Below, in pieces: positions 1-10,102 of a stretch of DNA of 64,000 bases. Below the pieces are notes generated by a model, which made no database searches, had not been told where the DNA came from, and saw nothing but the letters and a program-made list of their open reading frames with translations. Both the position numbers and the translations under genes were made by a program. Origin of the DNA: Cyanobacteria bacterium P01_D01_bin.156 (GTDB lineage: Bacteria; Cyanobacteriota; Cyanobacteriia; Phormidesmidales; Phormidesmidaceae); contig JBCCQQ010000023.1 of NCBI GenBank assembly GCA_039024555.1, positions 16,094 to 80,093 of the forward strand, given 5' to 3'. Position 1 is the stretch's first letter; each line of letters opens with the position of its first letter.

Positions 1-297
1 ATTCAGCCTATTCGCACTCACAGAGGCGGACAAATCCTTCCGTTTTCATAAATTAAAGTGTTTTAGGAAGGTAAAATCCTCAAATTAATCAAAAGCCATG
101 AGCAAGGTACTTCATTTTGCTTATGGCTATGATCATAGATTGAGTGAAAATGCTAGTAATTTAAAGAAAACTAGGACTGTGTTTATAAAAAATATATCTA
201 CTCTTTATTATAAAAATTAACTGTTCAGATAAAATATTAATGATTTAACGCAAAAAAAGTATCAATAACATGGTATTGGCGGAGGCATTGGAATTTA

Positions 298-1479
298 ATG
301 TTATGTCTAAAATTGTCTTTAGCGTTAGTTTTGAGTTTTTACTCGTTCTGGGCTCCAAGAAGAGTGTTGGCTGATGAGCTACCCGAATTACCCAGAGTAA
401 ATATAAGGCATAGCGAAAGCTCTGGAATGGGTTCGGTCATATCCAATCAACATAGGCATAGTTTTGCTAGTACTATCAATGGGCAAGATTTACCTTTCTC
501 GCCCGGAGACCGCATCAGACTTCGGATCCCTGGTGTAGGTGGGGAAGCTTTCAGTGGCGACTATGAGATTAGCTTCAATGGCATTCTCGAAATCCCTTTT
601 ATAGAGCCAATTCTAGCCGCTGGTTTAAGCCCATCCTTATTACAAGAAAAAATAAGACTCACCTTATTAGACAATCAATTTTTTCAGCCTGACAAATTGA
701 GAGTTAGTGTTCAAACTTTAGAGTACTCACCTGTTCATGTCTCGATTTCAGGGGCTGTCTTTCAGACTGGACGTCTATTACTGTCTAGGGATAATTCTGC
801 TTTTGCAGACACAGCTACTCTAAGTGCTGACATTTCAGGAGATTATCCTTTGCAAAGGTATTTGACTTCTGCTCTCAAAGCTACGGGAGGAATCAAGCCC
901 AATGCCGATATTAGTCAAATTAGTGTTATCCGAGATGGAGTAACAAAGCTTGTTGATCTTTCTGGGATTTTTTCTGGTTCGCAAGTAACAGATTATCCAT
1001 TAATTGCTGGTGATGAGGTGGTTGTTCCTGACTCAGGCGTCTTCCAAGATATGTTTGTTCAGCCTTCTCAAATCACGCCGGATAGTGTTGATTTGTATAT
1101 ATCAAATTTGACTGAACCTGTCAGGTCAAGATCTTTGGAGGGTAGTGGAGACATAAATGTTTCAAGTTTTAAGTATGGTGCAAATTTGGTACAGGTATTA
1201 GTAGCCAGTGGCTGTGTTGGAGGCACTCGATCTACCAATGCGGCGCGTCAAGCTACTCTTATACAGTCTGATTTGGTGACTGAGGCTATTAATGTCTCAG
1301 AATACCGCATCTCCACATTAGTTCGTGAAGGTGATCATTCTAGAGAGAATAATCCATTGCTGATGCCCGATGATGCGATTGCATGCTACGACTCACGTAA
1401 TACAGATATTCGTGGCATTTTTGATACGGTTACAGACTTCCTGAGCCCTATAAATATTTTACGTAATATATTGAGGTGA
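298..1479 (+). CDS. Polysaccharide biosynthesis/export protein (Wza/OPX family, SLBB domains)
   Basis: N-terminal signal-like stretch; Poly_export motif 'FSPGDRIRL...G.LEIPFI...AAGLS'; SLBB 'ISGAV' and 'LIAGDEVVVP'; followed by GumC-like and flippase genes. Confidence 0.85.
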   Translation: MLCLKLSLALVLSFYSFWAPRRVLADELPELPRVNIRHSESSGMGSVISNQHRHSFASTINGQDLPFSPGDRIRLRIPGVGGEAFSGDYEISFNGILEIPFIEPILAAGLSPSLLQEKIRLTLLDNQFFQPDKLRVSVQTLEYSPVHVSISGAVFQTGRLLLSRDNSAFADTATLSADISGDYPLQRYLTSALKATGGIKPNADISQISVIRDGVTKLVDLSGIFSGSQVTDYPLIAGDEVVVPDSGVFQDMFVQPSQITPDSVDLYISNLTEPVRSRSLEGSGDINVSSFKYGANLVQVLVASGCVGGTRSTNAARQATLIQSDLVTEAINVSEYRISTLVREGDHSRENNPLLMPDDAIACYDSRNTDIRGIFDTVTDFLSPINILRNILR

Positions 1480-1623
1480 GAATTCAGGTGCTACTTGATG
1501 AATCACTCTCGTTGAAAGACTGTCTACATTGCGATTTTTATGTTGGCTGCGCATATTGTGTAAGATGTATGTAAGTTAATTGGCTAAACCTTTATGGCTA
1601 ACATTGTTTCTTTGTAATGAAAG

Positions 1624-1722
1624 TATTAAGTAGGTGGCCGGAACTATTCAACATTCCGAAGCCTGCCAGACAAGTAGCTTAGTGATTCAGAGCTACGTGT
1701 ATTTATGATCTCCTACTTAATA
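1624..1722. mobile_element. Putative ~99-bp MITE-like element with 11-bp terminal inverted repeats
   Basis: TATTAAGTAGG (1624-1634) and CCTACTTAATA (1712-1722) are a perfect inverted pair; internal GTAGCT...AGCTAC stem; non-coding. Confidence 0.55.
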
Positions 1723-2006
1723 GGTCTAGAGTCTGACTTCTAAATACAAATAGGATAGGTTCTTGAACTAACACTGTGCTAATTTCTGACTCTAGGAATT
1801 AAAGTTCAAATAGTTGATTCACTCTGAGATATTAGCTTTAAGCTTTTGAGCCAAACTGACTGTTGCAAAGAATTCAGGAATGGCTGTGGCGGACAAGCTT
1901 AGATGTTTGAAGTGACTCTAAGTGTAGGAAAACTTTCAATTAAGTTTTCTATGTCTTTAGAGTTCTCTAAAGACTGAATAATAATCTACTGTATTTATCT
2001 TTAGCA

Positions 2007-3455
2007 ATGTCCGGATCTACTTCACTCCCTATCTTTAAATCTAAACAAGATTCTGGTGCTTCTAAGTATCGTTTTTCGAAGCTCAGTCTGCTCAGTTTGG
2101 GTGCTGTAGCTAATATCTTGATATGGTTTTTAGCGGTGCTTTATATCAAAATTACTCCAAAAACTTATACTAGTGAGTGGGGTTTGAATGTTTTAGAAGC
2201 ATCATCTGGTGTAGATGTGTCATTGCCTGAGGGATGGCGAACTTCTGAAAGTCGTGAATCCTTCAGAGGAGTACCTTCTAAAGACCCTAGAGCCGAGTAT
2301 GTTTTCTTAGTTCAAAATACTGGTTTACTGGAAGCAGCTGCCACTAGTATGGAACTTTCCTTGGTGGATTTTGGAGCTCCAGAAGTTACAACTGAACCAT
2401 CAAGTTCGATTATTCGCTTTGTGATGGAAGGTGAAACTCCTGAACAAGCTCAAAAAAAGGCATTAGCGCTTAATTTGACCTTAGAGGAACGTATTGAAGA
2501 ACTCAGACAGCGAGAGGTATCGCGTCGAAAGGAAGATACTCAAAAAGAAATTGATGAAGCGCGTCAACAGTTAGAAGATGCTCAGGGCAAACTACTGTCG
2601 CACAAAGTACAATCAGGCTTAAGTTCGGATGCTCAAATTCAAGATTTAGCGGTAGGAATTGAGCAACTACGACGTCAATATGCTCAGGCACTGGCTCAAG
2701 AAAAGGGACTTGAGAGTCGTACTCAACAGTTAGCTCGTGATCTTTCAGAGACTACAAATGGTGCTGCTGCTGCCTATAAGCTTTTGAATGATCCAGTTTA
2801 TCAGAACCAATTTAGTTCTTATGGAGTAGTTGCAGCAGAGCACGCTAGCTTAGCATCACAACTTGGAGAATCTCATCCTCAGCTTGTTGAGAAACAAGCT
2901 GAAATGAATGGCTTATTGCAAGTTTTACAAGAGAGAGCTTCTTTTTTATTAGGTAGACCGGTAGATCAGCTTTTATTGAATGAGTTAGCGGTTATTGCTC
3001 AAGATCCTAGTGTAGAAATTTCCCGAGGCAGCCTTTTTCAAGAAACAATCTTAGGTCGTGCTAGTCAAATCGAGCTACGCTCGAAGACACAGGAACTCTT
3101 ACTTCAAATTGAGCAACTTGAGGGACGTCTCCGAATACTCACAGAGAGTAAGGTTGAAGCTGACCGGCTTGAACAGAATTTACAGGCAAAAGAGGCATTT
3201 TTTGCATCTTCGATAACGAAGTTAACTCTTAATGAAGATGATATTGACTCGATCTATCCACCAATTCAATTAGTTACCCAACCAACATTACCTGAAGCCA
3301 ATGAATTTATTTCTCCCAATTCAAGAATGGCCATTGTAGGTGCATTAGCAGGCTCTTTTCTGATTGTTGTTGGTATTATTCTTGTTTGGCCCAGAGAAAT
3401 CGAATATGACGCATCGGATAACAATGCATTAGCAGACTTGCCTTTTAGCCCTTAA
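2007..3455 (+). CDS. Polysaccharide co-polymerase / chain-length determinant (GumC/Wzc-like, no kinase domain)
   Basis: N- and C-terminal TM helices around a long coiled coil; 'P(I)QLVTQPTLP...SP' before the C-terminal TM; no Walker motifs. Confidence 0.8.
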   Translation: MSGSTSLPIFKSKQDSGASKYRFSKLSLLSLGAVANILIWFLAVLYIKITPKTYTSEWGLNVLEASSGVDVSLPEGWRTSESRESFRGVPSKDPRAEYVFLVQNTGLLEAAATSMELSLVDFGAPEVTTEPSSSIIRFVMEGETPEQAQKKALALNLTLEERIEELRQREVSRRKEDTQKEIDEARQQLEDAQGKLLSHKVQSGLSSDAQIQDLAVGIEQLRRQYAQALAQEKGLESRTQQLARDLSETTNGAAAAYKLLNDPVYQNQFSSYGVVAAEHASLASQLGESHPQLVEKQAEMNGLLQVLQERASFLLGRPVDQLLLNELAVIAQDPSVEISRGSLFQETILGRASQIELRSKTQELLLQIEQLEGRLRILTESKVEADRLEQNLQAKEAFFASSITKLTLNEDDIDSIYPPIQLVTQPTLPEANEFISPNSRMAIVGALAGSFLIVVGIILVWPREIEYDASDNNALADLPFSP

Positions 3456-3470
3456 AACTATTAGCTCCTC

Positions 3471-4781
3471 ATGAGGAATATATCTAAAAATAAGCTTCTA
3501 GGAAAAATAGCTGGGGTTTTTGGGCTCAGGCTCTCGTATTCGGCATTGACTTTTGTTACTAGTGTTGTGCTTGCTCGAGTTTTGGGGGCGTCTGGGTTTG
3601 GTACATATACGTATGTTGTTGTTTGGGCTTATTTTCTGAGTTTGCCTGCAACCATGGGTTTGGATAACTTTATTGTTCGCGAAGTAGCAATTTATCAAGG
3701 TCAGGGTTCTTGGAGCCTGATGCGAGGTTTGCTAGCGTGGGCAAATAGAACTGTTCTCTTTACATCTGTTGGATTATCGTTGATTGCAATTTTAATAGCC
3801 TGGATATTAAATCAGGGTTTTGCTTCAGAGGCTTTTATAGTCTTCTGTGTCGCGATGAGCTTGATGCCAGCAATTTCTCTTAGAAATATTCGACGGGCTG
3901 CTATGAAGGGATTACATCAGGTTTCAAAAGGGCTATTGCCTGAATTGCTGATTGACCCTTTGATTCTTCTTATATTGACGGGGGTGGCTTATGTTTTGCT
4001 GAGACAAAACATCACTGTTTTGTGGGTTGTTAGCTTCTATGGTGTGGGAAGCTGTGTGACATTAGTGATTGTTAATAAATTTCTCCAGCAATCTATGCCA
4101 AGGGAAGCTTTGATAGCTCCGCCAACCTATCAGGGGAAGTTGTGGTTTTGGAGCACGTTGCCGTTTCTTTTGGTAGAAAGTCTTCCAATTCTTAATTCTC
4201 GAATTGATGTATTAATGTTGGGTGGCATTAACGGCTTTGATTCTGTAGGTCTCTACGTTCCTATTAGTCGTAGTGCTCAGTTAATAGTATTTATCTTGAT
4301 AGCGGTTGGTAATACATTGGCACCTACGATTGCTAGTGCTTATGCCGATAATAAACTGTTTGATTTGCAGAAAACAATCACAAAAAGTGTCAGATTAATT
4401 ATAGGGATTGCATTTGTATTTTCGATTGCTCTGAGCGTTGGCAGTTATTGGTATTTAGCTCTTTTTGGTGCAGAGTATCTACAAGGTAAAAATGCTCTTT
4501 ACCTCTTTTGTATTGGTAGTTTTTTGTCTACTTCAATGGGGCTGTCGTTTGTGATTTTGAACATGACTGGACATGAGCGACTTACCGCTATAGTCGGTTG
4601 GTTATCAGTTGGTCTTAATATAATATTCAATGCTATTTGTATTCCTAAGTGGGGTATTGAGGGTGCTGCGTTTGCAACCTCCCTTAGTAACTGCTTAAGG
4701 ACACTTGTTGGCGTAATAGTTGTCAGGAAAAAATTAGGTATTGATGCTACTGGCTTCGGTTTAATGCCTAAAGTACCCTAG
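3471..4781 (+). CDS. Wzx-type oligosaccharide flippase
   Basis: About 12 hydrophobic segments; 'LARVLGASGFGTY', 'RIDVLMLG', 'IPKWGIEGAAFAT'. Confidence 0.88.
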   Translation: MRNISKNKLLGKIAGVFGLRLSYSALTFVTSVVLARVLGASGFGTYTYVVVWAYFLSLPATMGLDNFIVREVAIYQGQGSWSLMRGLLAWANRTVLFTSVGLSLIAILIAWILNQGFASEAFIVFCVAMSLMPAISLRNIRRAAMKGLHQVSKGLLPELLIDPLILLILTGVAYVLLRQNITVLWVVSFYGVGSCVTLVIVNKFLQQSMPREALIAPPTYQGKLWFWSTLPFLLVESLPILNSRIDVLMLGGINGFDSVGLYVPISRSAQLIVFILIAVGNTLAPTIASAYADNKLFDLQKTITKSVRLIIGIAFVFSIALSVGSYWYLALFGAEYLQGKNALYLFCIGSFLSTSMGLSFVILNMTGHERLTAIVGWLSVGLNIIFNAICIPKWGIEGAAFATSLSNCLRTLVGVIVVRKKLGIDATGFGLMPKVP

Positions 4782-5194
4782 GCTTTTAGAGTTTCCTGCT
4801 GCAGTTTGTTCTTATTGGTTCAGCCTACATCAATTAGGTGGTTGAGGTGCGAGGAGCATACCTTTAAAGTGTTCAAATCCAAACCGATTTAATGGCTCAA
4901 CACGATTGGTGTTAATAACATAGTGGAGGGCGGTTGTGTATATATCTGGGGCAGAACCGATGATAGCGAATGTTTCCCTTTGAAGAATTGGGAGAGTCAA
5001 AAGGTCATAATCGCCGTCTCAACAGTGCACACTGGCAATAGTAATTAGCTTAATATAGAATACTTAGACTGATGCCGATATTCTAAGAACCGCGATTGAT
5101 AAAACTCAAACTTCTGTAGAATCAGGTTATGCAACACTCTCAGCCAGTTACCTTTGTAAGCTAGCCAGGGGGAAATACTTCTCAAAAGCTCTGT

Positions 5195-6268
5195 TTATAT
5201 TAGAGCATATACACTATCGTAATAGGCACGATACTCTTCCGATAGGAGAGGACGCCACCAGTTTTGATTAGCTAGATACCATTTAACAGTTTGTTTAAGC
5301 CCTTGTTCAACGCTAATGCTGGGTGTCCAACCGAGCTTTTGTTGAACTTTAGTTGAGTCGATGGCGTAACGGCGGTCATGGCCTTGGCGATCCTGTACAA
5401 ACGTGATGAGCTCTTTAGATGGTCTAACTGGGATATCTGGGGCAAGCTCATCTAGAATGTCACACAACATGTGAACCAAATCTAGATTTTTGACTTCATT
5501 ATTGCCACCAATGTTGTACATTTCCCCAGGCTGGCTTTTTTCTAGTACGGTAGCTACTGCGCTACAGTGATCGCTCACATGCAACCAATCACGAATATTT
5601 TGCCCATCACCATAAATTGGCAAATTCTTGCCGGTCAGGATGTTGATACATATCAGTGGAATCAGCTTTTCTGGAAACTGATAAGGCCCATAATTATTAG
5701 AACAGTTGGTGATTAGAGTTGGTAGCCCATATGTATGAAAATAGGAGCGTACAAGATGATCGCTACCAGCTTTGGACGCTGAGTAGGGGCTGTTTGGTGA
5801 GTAGGGTGTTGTTTCAGAAAATGCTGGATCGGTAGAACTTAAACTGCCGTAGACTTCATCCGTTGAGATGTGATGGAATCGATAGTCTGAGGGCTTATCT
5901 TCAGCCTGCCAGCGCATTCGAAAGCTCTCTAAAAGACTAAATGTGCCGACTACATTTGTTTGTACAAAAGCACCAGGACCCAGAATGGAACGATCTACAT
6001 GAGATTCTGCCGCAAAGTGTACAAGAGTATCGATCTTCTCTTCGCTGAGGAGAGAATCAACTAGAGTGCGATCGCAAATATCACCCTGAACAAATCTATA
6101 TGTGATTTTTTGCTCTAATCCCTCCAGATTCGATCGATTCCCAGCATAGGTTAGGGCATCAAGAACAACTATCCGATCATTTGGATAATGTTGTTGCCAA
6201 TAATGCACAAAATTAGCACCAATAAACCCTGCTCCACCTGTAATTAGTAATCTTCTAGATTGACTCAT
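5195..6268 (-). CDS. rfbB: dTDP-glucose 4,6-dehydratase
   Basis: GGAGFIG, DALTYAGN, HFAAESHVDRSI, STDEVYG, YSASK, NNYGPYQFPEKLIP. Confidence 0.97.
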   Translation of the reverse strand: MSQSRRLLITGGAGFIGANFVHYWQQHYPNDRIVVLDALTYAGNRSNLEGLEQKITYRFVQGDICDRTLVDSLLSEEKIDTLVHFAAESHVDRSILGPGAFVQTNVVGTFSLLESFRMRWQAEDKPSDYRFHHISTDEVYGSLSSTDPAFSETTPYSPNSPYSASKAGSDHLVRSYFHTYGLPTLITNCSNNYGPYQFPEKLIPLICINILTGKNLPIYGDGQNIRDWLHVSDHCSAVATVLEKSQPGEMYNIGGNNEVKNLDLVHMLCDILDELAPDIPVRPSKELITFVQDRQGHDRRYAIDSTKVQQKLGWTPSISVEQGLKQTVKWYLANQNWWRPLLSEEYRAYYDSVYALI

Positions 6269-6282
6269 AATTTCTACATCTC

Positions 6283-7365
6283 CTACGTAAGCTGAACCTG
6301 ACTATCATCACCTAGCATTAATCTCAATGCCTTGGGCCGTCGTTCAGAGTTTGTCAGCTGTACCCGCTGTCCAATTAAACTATCAACGATACGTTGGTCA
6401 ACAGCTTCTATTTTTGTCCCTTCAAGGATCACACTGTGGCTAATGTCAGCATCTATGAGGATGACATTGTCAGCGATGCTGCTATGGGGGCCAATAAAGC
6501 TATTTTGAATGTGGCAATTTTTTCCAATATGCACTGGCCCACGAATCATACAATTGCGAATTGTACTGTTTGCTCCGATGTGGACTCGACCAGCAATTTG
6601 ACTCTCGTTATCAGCATCTCCATGTAGCTGACTACCTGCTAGGTAGGTATCTAGAATGATTCTGTTCGCTTCCAGTAAGTCATCCTTTTTGCCTGTATCT
6701 AGCCACCATCCAGATAAACGCTCTGATATTACATTTTTTTCTGTGTTAATTAGTTTTTGAATCGCATCTGTAATTTCTAACTCACCACGCGGTGATGGCT
6801 GAATATTAGCAATTGCATGATGAATGTCCGGAGAAAATATATATACGCCAACTAGAGCTAAGTCAGACGGTGGATTTTTAGGCTTTTCCACTAAAGCAAC
6901 AACCTCTCCTTTATCAGTTACTTTAGCTACCCCGAATGCCCTGGGGTCATCCACTTGTCTTAAAAGAATGAGTGAGCTTGCATCACGTTCCTTGAATTGG
7001 TTAACAAACCCCGATAGGTCATCTTGAATTAGGTTATCTCCTAGATACATTACAAATGGAGAGTCTTCTAAAAATGATTGGGCTACCTTAACTGCATGAG
7101 CTAGCCCTGCAGGCTCTGATTGCAAAATATAGGTAATGTTAGCTCCAAATCGATCGCCATTACCAGTTTTTCGACGAATCTCTTCACCCGTTTCGGGGCT
7201 GATGATAATACCAATGTCAACAATTCCAGCGGCTACGATACTTTCGATGCCGTACCAAAGTATGGGTTTATTCGCTACAGGGACCAATTGTTTAGCTCCT
7301 GTATGGGTGAGTGGCCTTAATCGAGTACCTCGGCCACCAGAGAGAATAATTGCTTTCATGGCCAT
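6283..7365 (-). CDS. rfbA: Glucose-1-phosphate thymidylyltransferase (long form)
   Basis: GGRGTRLRPLT..KQLVPVANKP, RGELEITDA, WLDTG, C-terminal hexapeptide repeats; rfb operon context. Confidence 0.95.
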   Translation of the reverse strand: MAMKAIILSGGRGTRLRPLTHTGAKQLVPVANKPILWYGIESIVAAGIVDIGIIISPETGEEIRRKTGNGDRFGANITYILQSEPAGLAHAVKVAQSFLEDSPFVMYLGDNLIQDDLSGFVNQFKERDASSLILLRQVDDPRAFGVAKVTDKGEVVALVEKPKNPPSDLALVGVYIFSPDIHHAIANIQPSPRGELEITDAIQKLINTEKNVISERLSGWWLDTGKKDDLLEANRIILDTYLAGSQLHGDADNESQIAGRVHIGANSTIRNCMIRGPVHIGKNCHIQNSFIGPHSSIADNVILIDADISHSVILEGTKIEAVDQRIVDSLIGQRVQLTNSERRPKALRLMLGDDSQVQLT

Positions 7366-8238
7366 CTATGAGTACAGTTCAGTTAACATCGATCTAAGGG
7401 AGTCTCTCCAATAAGGGAGAGTTGTTCCTATTAAATTTCTAAGTTTGACATTTGACATAGCAGAATAAGCAGGACGCTTAGCAGGTAATGGATATTCTTC
7501 AGTTGTGATTGGCTTTATCTCTTTGACTTTTAAGGGAACACCCAAATGTCTTGCTTCTTCTACGGCAGCTATAGCGAGGTCGTACCAACTAGCTACTCCA
7601 CTGTTTGTACAGTGATAAACCCCATATGTATTTTTATCCAAAGCTGGAAGAACGGTTGTAATGGTGTTTGCAATATCTTGAGCCCAAGTTGGTGTACTGA
7701 CTTGGTCCTCGACAATGGTTAGAAGCGCTCTTTCTTTGGCTAGGCGTAAAATCGTTTTAACAAAATTACCCTTGCCTTGGGCTCCATGAACCCATGCGGT
7801 ACGGAGAATTACATATTTCCCATCTACACGTTGGATAGCTTCTTCTCCAGCAAGTTTAGAGGCTCCATAAACACTACCCGGATTTGTCTCATCGGTTTCC
7901 TTGTAGGGAAGCCCTTTGAGTCCGTCAAATACATAGTCTGTTGAAATATGTATCAGTGTTGTGCCACATTTTTGAGCGGCCAAAGCCATTTGTTCTGGCG
8001 CATCTCTATTAATCCTGTAGGCTAATTCAGGTTCAGTCTCTGCTTTGTCAACGGCAGTGTAAGCGGCAGCATTGATAATTGCATCAGGATGTAGCGCGGT
8101 GATTTTTGGAATGATGTCATTGATATTGCATAGATCAATATCATGACGACTCCAGCTAATAACATTCCCCAGTTTTTTCAGGCTCGAACTAAGCTCCTGT
8201 CCCACCTGGCCTTGGGAGCCAACGAGTAATAATTTCAT
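7366..8238 (-). CDS. rfbD: dTDP-4-dehydrorhamnose reductase
   Basis: GSQGQVG, NAAAYTAVDKAE, STDYVFDG, YGASK, PAKRPAYS. Confidence 0.96.
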   Translation of the reverse strand: MKLLLVGSQGQVGQELSSSLKKLGNVISWSRHDIDLCNINDIIPKITALHPDAIINAAAYTAVDKAETEPELAYRINRDAPEQMALAAQKCGTTLIHISTDYVFDGLKGLPYKETDETNPGSVYGASKLAGEEAIQRVDGKYVILRTAWVHGAQGKGNFVKTILRLAKERALLTIVEDQVSTPTWAQDIANTITTVLPALDKNTYGVYHCTNSGVASWYDLAIAAVEEARHLGVPLKVKEIKPITTEEYPLPAKRPAYSAMSNVKLRNLIGTTLPYWRDSLRSMLTELYS

Positions 8239-8783
8239 GGATAGATCTCTGCATCTTTAAAGGCGACACCGGCGAGGTCTTTGTCTGAAAGGACAGGGCT
8301 AAGACCTTTCAGAGGCCAATCGATAGCTAAATCTGAATCATTCCAACGGATACTGTGTTCATATTCCGGTGCGTAGTAATCCGTTGTTTTATAAAGTACT
8401 TCAGCTACATCCGACATAACCAAAAAACCATGGGCAAAGCCTGGTGGCACCCATAATTGATGGGTGTTTTCAGCACTTAGTGCCACACCAATCCATTGCC
8501 CAAATGTAGGTGAACTTGCCCGAATATCGACAGCAACGTCAAAAATTTCGCCAATGATGACTCGTACTAACTTTCCCTGTGCCTGTTTTGTCTGGTAATG
8601 CAAACCGCGTAATATTCCTCGCTTAGAACGAGAATGATTATCCTGAACAAAATGAGACAAGTTACCAACCTTTTCTGAAAAGAGCTTTTGATTAAAACTC
8701 TCAAAGAAAAAACCACGATGGTCACCAAATACTTGCGGCTCTAGGAGAACCACATCTTGAATCTTAGTATGTTTAACTCTCAT
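8235..8783 (-). CDS. rfbC: dTDP-4-dehydrorhamnose 3,5-epimerase
   Basis: DHRGFFFE, QDNHSRS, LRGLHYQ, VPPGFAHGF. Confidence 0.96.
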   Translation of the reverse strand: MRVKHTKIQDVVLLEPQVFGDHRGFFFESFNQKLFSEKVGNLSHFVQDNHSRSKRGILRGLHYQTKQAQGKLVRVIIGEIFDVAVDIRASSPTFGQWIGVALSAENTHQLWVPPGFAHGFLVMSDVAEVLYKTTDYYAPEYEHSIRWNDSDLAIDWPLKGLSPVLSDKDLAGVAFKDAEIYP

Positions 8784-9115
8784 TAATTAAAAAGCTGCGA
8801 TACCCTAAATAAGCCAACTAGTTGGAGACACACCAACGAAAGCAAAAGAGATGTAGACAGATTAATAAAATACTGTATGTGATTTAGAACTTTTTATAAC
8901 CATATCCAGAAATAGGTAAATTGCTCGTATGTTTTGCTACAGACATTCTTTTTCATAAATGTACCTGGCATGAAAAAAAGTGTTTGGCCGTCTGCCAGCG
9001 CACGAATAACTTAGATAAAGAATAATGCCTATTTATTGATGATTTTGTAGGGATTTTGTAGGGATTTTATGAAGTATGGTGAAGTCTTTGTAATTAAAGC
9101 TATATTCTCCTAACA

Positions 9116-9350
9116 ATGAAGGTGTTTCAAGGTTGGTTGGCTGACGAAAAAAAAATCCGATGGTTAAGGTTGCTCCCCCCGAATCGAGGTCATTGTGCTC
9201 AAAGTCAGAAATGTCGAATATGCAGCACGATACTGAATGGGAAAGTTTGTGTGGTTTTGAGTAATCAAACGCTCCCATTCAAAACGTTTCAGGAGTATAG
9301 TTGGCGTTTCCATATTGAGGAAACGTTCTTAAATGACGAATTCAATGGGG
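9116..9350 (+). pseudogene. Decayed IS4-superfamily transposase fragment
   Basis: 'VVLSNQTLPFKTFQEYSWRFHIEETFLNDEFNG' fits the Y-x2-R-x3-E-x6-K signature with K changed to E; the rest of the transposase is absent. Confidence 0.55.
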
Positions 9351-9408
9351 AAGCCCCGCCTTTTGTCAGCCCGCCAGCCCTTTTTTATAAAGCCCTTAGA
9401 TGTTTATC

Positions 9409-10086
9409 CTATTGTCTTGCAGCAGCCAATTCAAATGCTGTTGTTGCTTTGGCTGTTTGTTCACTAGCAAAAAGTGCTTCAGCGATGTGAGGGGCAAATG
9501 TGAATGTATTCATCCCTTTTGCTGCTAAGGACGAAATATCTGTGCTGTTGCGAATGCTAGCTGTGAGAATACGGGTGGAGCTTTGAACACCGTTTAAGGC
9601 CTGTTGCATCATTGCTACTATTTCTAGACCATTCCCAGTTACATCGTTAATGCGTCCTAGGTAAGGTGCGGCATAGTCTGCTCCTATCGCTGCTGCAATT
9701 AAAATTTGTGGTACTTCGTAGACGGCTGTTAAAGTTACCCGCACGCTATTTTTAATTAGGGTAGTGGCTGCTTCAGTACCCAGACGTGTGATGGGTACTT
9801 TGACAACAATTCTTGGGTCGATCGCAGCTAGAGATTGTCCGGTTGTTATAAGGTCTTCTTTAGTGCTGCCCCAAGTCTGTAGGTGTACTTCTTGAGCTCC
9901 GAAGTCAAATGCTGTTGTTGCAAGCTTAGTGAGTGATTCAAGGTCGCAAGGAACCTGAGCCTTTTCTAATAACAGTGGGTTAGAGGTGACTCCATAGAAA
10001 ATGCCTACAGGCAGCCATGATTTCCAGGCTTTAATATCAGCGGTATCTAAGTAAAGGCGTAAGCTCACAGGTGGGTTCCCATACAC
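9409..10086 (-). CDS. Transaldolase-family protein, fructose-6-phosphate aldolase (FSA)-like
   Basis: LYLDTAD, GVTSNP, Schiff-base VKVP, TLTAVY, APYLGR. Confidence 0.85.
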   Translation of the reverse strand: MYGNPPVSLRLYLDTADIKAWKSWLPVGIFYGVTSNPLLLEKAQVPCDLESLTKLATTAFDFGAQEVHLQTWGSTKEDLITTGQSLAAIDPRIVVKVPITRLGTEAATTLIKNSVRVTLTAVYEVPQILIAAAIGADYAAPYLGRINDVTGNGLEIVAMMQQALNGVQSSTRILTASIRNSTDISSLAAKGMNTFTFAPHIAEALFASEQTAKATTAFELAAARQ

Positions 10087-10102
10087 TGTATCAATAGTAT
10101 AT

